A DNA stretch of 64,000 nucleotides, from assembly GCA_002104945.1 (NCBI GenBank), contig MCFH01000035.1, positions 186,001 to 250,000 on the forward strand, given 5' to 3'. The notes under the pieces were generated by a model. The model worked only from the letters and a program-made list of their open reading frames with translations, was not told the origin of the DNA and searched no databases. Origin of the DNA: Piromyces finnis finn (taxonomy: Eukaryota; Fungi; Neocallimastigomycota). Position numbers and translations under genes: made by a program. Position 1 is the stretch's first letter; each line of letters begins with the position of its first letter. Positions 52,240-64,000 of this stretch are shown here, piece by piece.

Positions 52240-54490
52240 ATGACAATTAATGTGGAAAATTTTAATAATATTAGGAATGAAAGTAATGAAACATCTTTAT
52301 TATTAAGTGAAAAGTTAAACATAAATAGTGACCAATCTATAATTGAAATAGAACATAAATGTGAATATCCCAATAATCAGAGAAAAAGAAATATATTTAA
52401 AAGATCTTTTTTTCTAATTATAATTGTTTTAATTTATTATGTCATTATATCTGTGATTCTATTTAATAAATATAAAGATTCACATAATTCTGTTAAAATT
52501 AAAGAAGACAAAATTAAAAATTTAAATGACATTCAATTTTTGGAAGCTAGCCGAACAATTCTGATAGATATTAAAAATGTAACAGGTAATCTAAAATCTA
52601 AAGAAAAAGAAATTCCTTTAAGAAATTTGACAGAATCAGAGGCTTTTAAAAAAATATTTAATGATGATAAATATAAGACATTATATTATTATGGTTTTTA
52701 TTATTGTAATAATACAGATGGACCAATCACAATTAATTTAAATTTTGATGATGGAACCAAAACCAATTTATATACCCGTTTAAATAAAAGATTTGCCTCA
52801 AAGCAATTTACTGCATATAAGGTTGACAAAAATTTTTATGATTCATTAGATAATAGGACAATAACAAAAAGAACTTTATTTTGTGAAATACCCCAAATTG
52901 CAACGCCTGAAAGTTTTCATGGTTATAAATTAATATGTCCCAAATATTATACATTAAGGATCGAAGATGCATATTATGGAATTCATAACCAAGATGATAA
53001 TTTTTGTCAAAAGGGTAAATATATAGGAAAATATAGAGAAAATGAAAATACCAAAGAAAATAGTGAAATAACGGAATATGAATCAAAGGAAAACTTCAAG
53101 GAAAGACAAAAAAAGTTTAAAAAAAGATTAGAGAATCTTGAGAACTCTGGAAATCCTAAAATTAAAAAATTTAATTCGTTATATATAGGAAATTCAGAAA
53201 ACTTAGAAAATGACGCTGATAAAATCCAGACAGCAAAAAATATTAATAACATTCCTTCTACTGAAAAATCAACTACAATAAATTTAATTGATAAATTATC
53301 ACTAGTGAATCAAATAATTCCAACTGAATTTTCTTGTGATTCATATCCAGTAGATACTGTTAGACATAAATGTGAAGGTAAATCTAGCTGTACTATAAAA
53401 CCTATTGGGTCAATTTTCGGTTATCCATGTGATAGATTTAATAAATATTTAGAAATTCAATATCACTGTGAAAAGGAAGTAAGTTTTATATTAAAAAATT
53501 AACTATATATATATATATATATTAGAAAATAAATGAAAATATATAATAAAATAAATAAAAAATATTTTTATTACAATAACATCAACTTTAGATTGTAAAA
53601 CAACCTCGTATAGCAATAATTACATTTATAGATAAATTTAAGGTAAACTCTATAAGTGAGAATGCAATCAGTGAATTATATCAATATGCCAAAATTCATG
53701 GCTATGATTTCTTTATTGATCATGAAGTATACTATGCCGAGAGAGAAATATATTATATGAAAACGAATACAATAATTAAATATTTATTAAGATTTTTGGA
53801 AGAAAAAACATATGATTGGATTTTGTAAGTTAAGATGAATAAAAATGATTTTTAATAAAATAATAATAACAAAAAAAAAAAAAAAAAAAAAAAGAAAGAA
53901 AGAAAAAAAGAAAACAATAATAATAATTTAGAAAAAGAAATAGGATATTAAGTTATTTTTATTATATAATATTTAATAATAGCTGGGTTGATTCTGATGT
54001 AGTTATGGTTAATCCGAATATAAAACTAGAGACATTTTTACCTCCAATTGAAAAAAATGATATTCATTTAATTATTTCAGGTGATAGTAATGGAATAAAT
54101 GCGGGTGTTTTCTTTTTACGTATTAATTCATGGTCATTAACTTATATGATGCGAACAGTTTCATATGCATATAATCATAAGACAAGTCTTATATTTTATT
54201 CAGATCAAACATCAATGAATAATGTCTTATTAGAGAATTATGAAGTGGAAACTGATCATTTTGTTTTAGTACCACAAAAATGGTTTAATATGTATATAGA
54301 TGAAACGACACCAGGTTATTTTTTAATACATTTTGCTGGTGTTGTAATGAAAGATATAATAGCGAAGAGTGTCCGTGAATTCTTATTAAATAATACTGAG
54401 TATTATATGAAAACTTCTGAAGAAATGAGAAAGGAAGTTGAAGAGTATTATAATAATCCGTTGGAAAATAAATTGGTGAAAGGCCAATAA
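52240..54490 (+). CDS. Type II membrane protein: TM anchor + SUEL/Gal_Lectin domain + glycosyltransferase family 34 (Mnn10/Gma12-like), 3 exons
   Basis: Exons 52240-53478, 53592-53824, 53983-54490, phase-compatible GT-AG. TM segment FFLIIIVLIYYVIISVILF. SUEL motifs: FCE..LICP..IEDAYYG and C..VRHKCEGKSSCTI..FGYPC..KYLEIQYHC. GT34 motifs: YAKIHGYDF, YDWIFWVDSD (DxD), DSNGINAGVFFLR, DQ, VPQKWFNMY, FLIHFAG. Confidence 0.88.
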
Positions 54491-55750
54491 AGTAAAATAA
54501 AATAATATATATATATATAAAGAAAGAAGACTGGAATAATATTATATAATAAATTTCTTCAATTTTTAATAACATTAATATGCATAATTATTTTACATCA
54601 AAAAAAAGTTTATATATGAATAATTTATTATTTTATTATTTAAGTATTTAATTTTACTATATTCATATTTAAGAGTAGAATAGATAAGGGCTATAAATTA
54701 TCAATTCATTAATGAATTAAAAAAAAAAAAGTTTTTAGATGAATTATAAAGACAAAAATAAAAGTTAAAGTACAATATTAATTTATGAATAGGATTATTA
54801 AATAAAAGCTTTTTATAAGTATGATTAAATTATAAGTATATTATTTTTATTGTGTAAAATAATTAATAATAAAATTTAGAGATTTTTCTTTTTTGATGAA
54901 TAATAAAAAATTTAATGAAACAAGTATACTTTTTTTTTTATTTTTTAAATTTTTCGATATGTCAGTTTTCGGTTCATTTTAAATTATTTTTAGAATTCTG
55001 TGAACATTTTAAGTTCATATTATTTCATTATATATATTATATATATTATATATATTATTCACTAATTAGCATTAACTATTTGTATGATATTATTAAAAAT
55101 GAATATATTTTAAATTTAGTAATGGAATAATTAAATAATGTTAAATATTATTAATGAATAAAATATATAAAAAGTATATAATAAAGTTTGATTCATGAGA
55201 ATTTTTTTATAATTAATTACTTTAATATGATAATTATTAATCATTAAAGTTAAGTATTAATATATATAAAGAATACTAAATTATATTTCAATATATTTTC
55301 TTATTATTTTTTTCTTATTAAATAAAATATAAAAACTTTTGATATAATTTATATTCAATATATATAAACCACTATACAATTCATGTTTTTATTTGTAATG
55401 ATAAAGGAGTAAAATTATAAATATTATTTAATACCAAATCAAAAAAAATCCCAACAATAATATTTATTATAGTTATTATCATATTTATTTTACTCTTATT
55501 GTAAGATTTTTAGAGATTATTCTTTTATATATTAACAAAATACCAAAAACTTTTTATATTACTCATACTATCTTAATATATAAATTTATAATATATCAGT
55601 TTTCGATTCAATATAACATTTCAATCTCATATTTAATACTATTAACTTAAAAAATCTTTATACATTATTAACAATTAACAATACAATTAAAAAAAAAAGA
55701 TTATTATTTTCAGTGAAAATTATTATGTATTAAGAAAATATATCGAATTT

Positions 55751-58700
55751 ATGGGTTTAATTACAAGAAATCAGACTAATATTGAAAAAAACGAGTCAAT
55801 TCCGTCGGGAGGTGATTCAAATAATGCTTCATTAAATTCATCTCAGTATCATGAAGGTTTTCATGAAAATGTTTATGGAGATATTGATGATTTATTAGGA
55901 CTTGATATTTTAGAAACATGTTATGAATCACCGGAGGAGATTAGTCCAATTGCAAAATATAATAATATAGATTGTGATGATAAAATAAATGAAAATGGAA
56001 AATTAGTAACTATTAATTCATTCTGTTCTGAAACTAGTAGTTTAAGAAAAAATATATTGGACAATTCAACTAATAATAGTAATATGAGTTTAACGAATAA
56101 TCCATCCTATACCCAACATCATTCCTTTTATCGAAGTCATTCCTCAGTAAAAAGATCTTCATCTGCTACATCACCAGAAACAGGTCCTAAAGTTACTATT
56201 TTTACTGATGATGATTACAAATATATGGATGTTATTCGTGATGAATCTGAATCTGTATTAAATACCCCAAGTTTAAATAATGTAAGTGATTCAAAAAGGA
56301 ATATCAATTATAATAATAAAAATAACGAAATAAATTCACCACTATCAGCAACTGAAACTGGCGAATTTGTTCATCGAAATTCTATATCTAATTTCTTTAA
56401 TAATCACTTTAAAGGAAAAAAATCGAAAAAAAAGGAAGAATATAAATCTAATCCAGAATTATTAAATAATAATAATAATTCATTTTATAATGATAATCAT
56501 AAATCACCGAGAGGTGAATATCATAATGTAAAACAACGAAGTAATACTTTAGGATCAATCTCTCCAATAAAATCTGTACTAAGTATGAATAAGCGTTCTT
56601 CATTTATTGATATAAAAAGACAAAATGGAATGAATAGTCCAAATAAAATAATATCGCCATTATCTCCATTGGGTTATGATAATCATACATCTAAAAAAAT
56701 AGATTCATCAAAAAATGATATTGATTCAATATTAGTATTGGCAGATGAAAAAGAGAATGTGGAAAATAATGTTAATTCTACGGTAACTTCTCCAAAAAAT
56801 AAAAAATTAGAAAATAAAGCACTATCAAATTCTACCTTTTTCTCACATATAAAACGCCGAAAAGATCGTAAAAGTATGAATAGTTTAAATTGTATTACAA
56901 CCAACATAGATATTATGCAAAGAAAAAAATCATTTATATATTCAGCTGATATTATTTCTGGTTCGAATTATGGATCAGTAGTACTTCCATCTGCCACAAC
57001 TCCAAATCCTAGTATGGTAACTACAACTCAGAATTCAAATTCACAAATTATATTAAATGAGGATACACTAAATTCATCACCAAAATCAGCGAATGGTAAA
57101 CATAATGAATTTTATCATCTTCCAGATTATTCTGATTTATTAGTTATGTCTGAAAGTGATATTGAAGGCATATACAATACAATGATAGGCGATAATGATA
57201 AAGTGAATCAAAAGAAAAAAAGAAAAAATAATATTATAAAAGAAAAGGAAGTTAAAGATAAAGAATTTACAACCATAATACCATTAAAAACTGTTGAGGA
57301 TAAAGATGAATGTACGTCACCAATGTCGGTACCTTCTATAGTCATACCAGTGGTACAAAATAATAAAGAAGATCCGTTAAGAAAATCATATAAAGTATTA
57401 AATGAATCCTTTCAGATGGGAAGTATTTATGATGTTAATACACCACAAGCAGAGGAGAAAAATCTAACCCTTAGCATTGATGATGATAATATTTTAGTGG
57501 TGATTAATCCATTTGGAATTCGTGATATTGATTTTTCTACTCGTCGAGTATTACCAGTAACAAATAAAGAAAACTGTTCTGAAGATGTTGATGACTTATT
57601 TAATATTGAAAATGATGATAAATACAAAACTTCAGTGAAGAAGTTAATTGAAATAGAATCTAATTATAAACATTGTAAATGTAATTCTGATGTTGCTGTT
57701 AATGATCCAGATCAACCGAATGATATTGATAATTTGTTTTTATTAAGTTCAAGTCTAGAAAAGAAGATGTCTGTGATGGATTCATTAATTGTTATTGATG
57801 ATATTCAGGAAAATATTAGACCTGATATTTCTGATTTAATAAGTATTGGTACAAATGATAATGATAGCGGGTCAAAGTTAACAAAAAGTAGCTTAAGTTC
57901 AAGTACACCAAATTCAATTAATAATTCAAGGAATATATTTAGACGCTTTTCAAAGAGCTTTTCTTTCTCAAACAATAAATTAAATTCAAGAGTTATTGAA
58001 AGTTCACCATTAAATGCTGAAGGTAATACTTTATTTATATTGAAAAATAATAAAATTAATAATTTATTAATAATTATTTTAATATGTAATTGATTTTATT
58101 TCTTTTTTTTTTTTATTCATTATCAACTTTTATTCAATTGGAAATTTATTGACATATTTACAACACACCATACATGAATTAAACATGATCAATGAAAATA
58201 ATTTAAATTACTTTTTAAAAGATTATAACTATAAAATGGAAAGGGTGCTAACTCAAAAGAATGTATTAGTTATCCCATCATATACAGATATTAGTAAAAG
58301 TAATAATGATTTATTTGAAAAGAAAAGTACTCAAAATAGTAATATAGATATAAGTACTCCCTCACAAAACGATCTTAAATACAGTAATGATTTACTAAAT
58401 AATAAGAATATGTCAGTATCTCTTAGTAGAAGTTGTAATCAAAGTTATGAAGAAGAAGACAAAAATTCTCCAAGTATGGATAGAATTAATTCTCCAATTA
58501 TTCCAAGAAAATCTAACATTAATGCTTTAAATTATATTCATTCCATCTCAAAATCATTTTCAAATGATGGTTTAGTAGTTATTCGTTCTAATGATAATAT
58601 TAGAGATGAAAACAATAATGAAGAAAGAATAGACTATATCTATTATAATCGGGATAATGATAAGCGGAAGACTAAAAATGGTTCTGTTATGGACGATTTT

Positions 58701-59525
58701 ATAGAATTCTCTACTATAAATAATAATTTAAAGAAAAAAATTATTAATGATTCAATATCTACTTTTAGAACAGCCTATAGTACAGTAAAGGATTATTATA
58801 ATATGTCAATGAATGAATCTATGTATAGTGCCATAAACTATAATAGCATTAATTCAAATTTCTCTATTGCAAATAATTCTAATACGGTAAACTATTATAG
58901 ACAAAGAGATCGCTTACCTACTTCAATGAACATTAAAAATGAGTTATACTATAGTGACTACATAAATAATAATAATTCATCTTCAATTAATAATTTAAAA
59001 TTGAAAAATGAAGATATAAGTGTAATTGGATATAATCCAAGTATATTTAGTAGTATTGGTATTAATTATTATACTCCGATAAATTCACCAAGTTCTTTAG
59101 TGGATGTAAATGATAAGAGCAAATATAACATTTCAAATAAAACTAAATCTGATTCTCGCGATGTTATTAATGAAACCAATCAAGCTCTTATAGATAATTC
59201 CATTTTTCCAAATAGCATAGTGAATAAAAATACAGGAATTAGTTGTTATTTGAATATTTCCAATGTAATGAATGATTCTATAAAGAATCATAAAAATACT
59301 TCATTAGAAATTCCCCAGTTCACAACAGGCTATGATATTAGCAATACCTATATTTCCAGAATGCATCTAGCATCTTCTATTGATATTTTTAATCGATTAG
59401 AAATTTTGAATAGCTCAAATAAGAATTATCAAAATAAAACAAATCCTCAAAAATATTTAGTAAATAGTAAAAATAATTCAATTACATTAGCCAATAATTA
59501 TAAGCGTCTAGAATTAAAGCAGTAA
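55751..59525 (+). CDS. Ser/Asn-rich, probably disordered protein of unknown function, at least 2 exons (~1190 aa)
   Basis: The 780-aa and 458-aa ORFs join in frame through intron 58023-58221 (GAAG|gtaata ... aaaag|ATTAT, phase 1). Many SP/TP sites; no domain recognised. A further small exon is possible (CA|GTAAAC donor over the stop, acceptor near 59735, giving ..QRKTIITH*). Confidence 0.75.
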
Positions 59526-60457
59526 ACTATAAATTATATATATAGTTATATAGTTTTAATGGTTACCAATATTTTTTGAATCTTTATAATATTTAAAAGT
59601 TTTAATATATACATCACCACCACTACCAACAACAACAACAACAACAACAACAAAAATACGTATATATATATATATATATATAATCAAAAATATAAAAGAA
59701 TACGAATGAATAAAAATTAATATGGTTTTAATTAGAAGGAAGACCATTATTACACATTAATGTAATAACTGTATTTGTATTTATTGGTGATATTGACCAT
59801 ATTGATTTATCATACTGCATTTTCAGTATAGCTGCTCTCAGTTATTATTTTAGCTTGAACATTGTCTATTATCATTATACTCGATTTAGTTTAATATTCA
59901 TAGAAATATTTTCCATTATACTTTACTCTTTTAATTTTATATTTTTTTCCTTTTAAAAAATATTTTAAATTCTTTAATTGCACCTACCAGAATAATTACA
60001 TACATTAATAATTCATTACTGAATTAATAGACCTATCAACTAAATTATTGCTTAAAATTTAAAGAATTAAAATAAATACCTTTCATATTATTATAATAAA
60101 AATTGAAAAATGATAAAATAAACATATTTATATATATTATTATAAATATTTGTTATGAGAATTATAATAAATGTACATATATTTATTTAGTTTAGTAAAT
60201 AATTAATGTTTGGTCTTCTTCACTAATTACAATAACAGAAATTCAAAAAAAAAAAAAAAATTTATTTGTTATTTGTTATTTTTTATTTTTTATTTTTTTT
60301 TTTTTGATTATGATTACATAATTACATTAGGTATATTATAAAATTTAGTAAAATTTTTTATGTATATGTTATTTATTTTTAAAGATTTTTTTTTATTTTT
60401 TATTTTTTATTTTATTTTATTGATTTAAAGTAGCTATAAATATTTTATATACTTTAT

Positions 60458-62769
60458 TTAAATAGCAAGAGTTTCACGTTTTAACCAATCTAATGCAAGT
60501 TGATCATCTAGAAGTAATGGTGAAATCTTTTCCCAGCATTCTTTATTGTAGTTGTTAACCCAATCAATTTCACTTTGATCCATAATTTCTCTCTTGATAC
60601 ATTTTGTTTGAACTGGGAAGAAGGTAATACGTTCACAACCATAATAATCTTTGTTAGCAAAATTGTTTGGAAGATCTTTTTTAACAATAATGACCATACT
60701 TTCAGTTCTAATACCAAATTGACCATCTAAATAGAAACCTGGTTCATTAGTAACAATCATACCTGGTTGAAGAGCAACTTCATTGTAGGCTGGGCGACTA
60801 CCAAAACCTTGTGGACCTTCATGTACATTTAAGAAATGTCCTACACCATGACCAGTTCCGTGAAGATAATCTAAACCAACTTGCCATAAAGCTTTTCTAG
60901 CAACAACATCAAGTTGGAAACCGGTAGTACCCTTTGGGAAAATAATAGTATCAATACCAATATGACCCTTGAGTACACGAGTATAACAATCTTTTTCTAA
61001 ATCAGATGGTTGTCCAAAGTGAACGGTACGAGTAACATCAGTAGTACCGTTTAAGTATTGACCTCCGGAATCACATAAATAAAATTGATCCTTGTCAATA
61101 ATATTACATTGTTCCTTAGTTGGGCTGTAATGGATAATAGCACCATTTGGACCTGTAGAGGAAATAGTTTCAAAACTTAAACCCATAAACTTTGGAAGTT
61201 TAGATCTAAATTCTTCTAATTTTTCAGCAGCAGCAAATTCAGTTAATTCGGTATTATTTTTAACACAAAGTTCATTTTCTAACCATGCAAAGTATTTAAC
61301 TAAAGCAGAAATATCATAACGGTTACATTCACGGAAACCATTTAATTCAACTTCATTCTTAATAGCTTTTGGAAGAGAAAGTGGTGATTTTACAACTTTA
61401 GTCTTCTTACTTCCACCTAAGGCTTCGTATAAAGCAAGGTTACATTTATCACTAACCCATAAGTTTTTAATAGATTCAAGGTTACTAAATTCCTTTAATT
61501 CTTCATAGACAACATCATATGGACGAACACGAACAGAAGAGCCTAAATGAGTATATATTTCTTTTGGAATCTTTCCATTACCAGTGTATAAAACAGCATC
61601 AGTTTTAGTAATAGCAGCAAATGAATAAAAAACTGGATTATATTCAACATCAGAACCTCTAATATTAAATAACCCTATTAAAAAAACAGTTAAAAAAATG
61701 TGTTAATATAATAATAATAATAATAATAATAATAGTGTAATAAAGACAATAAAAACATAAAAAAAGTTTAAAATATTCTAGATTAACTCATTTTTAATAT
61801 AAAGCTAAAAATTATTGTATAATTATAACAGTTTTTTTTTTTTAATAATAGTGAAGTTTATAAAAATTACTTACAAGCAATTTCATCTAAAGCAGTTAAA
61901 ATATATCCATCTATATCTTTTTCTTCAAAAACTTTACGAAGATCAGCAAGCTTATCATTAATAGATTTACCAGTGTATTCAATACCAAGTGGAATAAGTT
62001 TACCATTAGGTTGAGCTGGACGATCAGACCATACTTGATCTACAAGATTTTCCTTGATATTAGTAACTAATTGAAGTTGTTTTGGAGATTCAGATAATTT
62101 TTTACTAAGAGCTTCAGATTCAGATATAGAAATAAGTTTTGGGTCAATAGCAACCTTAGCCTTATTTGGTAGAGTATCAATAAGCCATTTTTCCTTAGTT
62201 GGAACATCAGCAAGACCACTCTTCATTAATGTCCAATTCTTATCTAATTGCTTAGAAGCTTGTAAATGGTATCTACCATCAGTCCAAAGGCAAGCAAAAT
62301 CACCAGCTTTACCTTGGGTAACGATAACTAAACCAGCGGAACCATTAAAGCCAGAAATGAATTCGCGACGTTTATCACAGTCAGAAATATATTCACTTTG
62401 GTGGGCGTCTTCAGAAGGAATGATATAAGCCTGAATATCATGCTTTTTCATTAAATTCCTTAACTTTTGTAAGCGTTCAGTGGTATCAATTTGATTCATT
62501 TTCTTATTAATTTTTATATTATTTTTTTTTTCAGTGGTATAGAATTTTTTACTTTGATATGGGGATACCAGATTTTTATTAATATAATTATTAAAACCAG
62601 GAATGATACTTTTATTGAAAGAATTATACGTGAAAGTATTATTACTACAATCGGTTGGTAAAATAGGTGTTTGTAATAATTTGTATTTATAATAATTACT
62701 TTCTTTAATTTTTTTATAAATAAAAATTGTAACCAAAAATAAAATAGATAAAATGAAAAATATATACAT
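60458..62769 (-). CDS. Xaa-Pro aminopeptidase (aminopeptidase P, peptidase M24B; XPNPEP1/Fra1-like), 2 exons
   Basis: Exons 62769(or 62499)-61875 and 61674-60458. Splicing restores [20 protein letters not shown]. N-domain: AYIIPSEDAHQSEY, RREFISGFNGSAG, LWTDGRY. Metal-site motifs: DSGGQYLNGTTDVTRT, HGTGHGVG..VHEGP, NEPGFY, GIRTE. Confidence 0.93.
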
Positions 62770-64000
62770 TAATAAATTTTGATTATGTAAAAAAGATATG
62801 ATAAAATAATAATTTTTATAATTATAATTATTGATTAATTGATATTATATGTGTATATGTTTTTTTTTTTTTTTTTTTATTATTGTTATTCTAATAATTT
62901 TAACAATTTCTTTTTCTTCTCTCTCCCTCTCTCTCTCTTTTTTTTTTTTTTTTTTTTTATTAATTTTTATTTCTTATTTTATTATATTCTTTTAAAATAA
63001 ATTTAATTCTAAATTTCAAAATAATTCATATTTAACTATAAAACCAAAATTATATAATATAAAAAAAAGTCAATAAATAAAAATATTCAATAAATTATTT
63101 AAAAGTTTATTTAAAGTTTATTATTTTTTTTAAATTTATATATACTTTTATTATTTTTGTATTTAATAAATAATCTTTTCAAACTTTACTGTTCTTTATT
63201 TAATAAAATTATTTTAATATATACAATAAAATAATAAAATTGATAATTATTCATTTATTAAATATTATATAATTAATTTATATAATTAATATCCTATTAG
63301 TATCTAATATTTGCATTAAATAATTTTTATTAATTCTTTATTTTATTTCTATTTTTCATTTATTACTTTTTTGTAACTTTTATTTATATAATATAAAACT
63401 TCATTTAATAGTGTTTTATTTAAAAATACTCTAACTATCTAAAAATTGATGGTAAATCCATTTAATCAATTAAATCATACTTTGCCTTTTAATTATTATT
63501 TTAAAATCTGAAAATATTCAATTTAATTTATTATTTTAATAATTCCCACAATTTTTTTTTACTTAATTTTACCTTTTTTCCTTTTTTTTTACTTTTCTTT
63601 TTTTTTTTTTTCTTTATTATAAATATTATAATTATTATTATTAATTTTATAATTCTTTTTGGAAAATAAAAAAAAAGGTATAGAGTGACAATTTTTTTAA
63701 ATAAAAATTAATAAATTTTAAACATTTTTTTTACCTGATATATTTCTATTTATATTAATAAGCCTCAACAAAATTTTATTTGATAATAAGTTATTAGGAT
63801 TATTAAAATTTAATTTTGAATTTAATTGATTACAAGCCATATTAATTAGTACTTTCTTTTTAATAAATTTGAAATTTTTTAAAAAAAAAATAAAGAGGAA
63901 ATTGAAAAAATATTTTTTTATTTTGAAATTTTCTTATTATTAAATAGTTACGCAGATTAGATTGAAGGATATTTTATTTAAAAAAGAATTATAAAGTTTT

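Overview
Eukaryotic, extremely AT-rich, intron-rich DNA. It is most consistent with an anaerobic gut fungus (Neocallimastigomycota); this is inferred from composition, short GT-AG introns and gene content, not from a search. Conserved genes, left to right: a probable gene start running off the left edge (-), CDK11/PITSLRE kinase (-, 7 exons), DIP2/Cmr2 (+, 11 exons), a large neurobeachin/WDFY3-like ARM + ConA/LamG protein that seems to lack PH-BEACH-WD40 (-), RPA2 (+, 7 exons), an ~8.4 kb gene-free stretch, an intronless 2480-aa Lte1-like RasGEF (+), a Ser/Asn-rich unknown protein (+) and an M24B Xaa-Pro aminopeptidase (-). An accessory-looking block at ~43.4-54.5 kb holds: a 5'-truncated LINE with poly(A) tail and a perfect 15-bp target-site duplication; two intronless orphan ORFs (1276 aa with an F-box-like N-terminus, and 240 aa); a dimeric 62/63-bp minisatellite that supplies the 240-aa ORF's start codon and a string of uORFs; and a type II membrane SUEL-lectin/GT34 glycosyltransferase fusion. 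No tRNA, rRNA or CRISPR array was seen. Splice models were built by hand from GT/AG sites and frame continuity.
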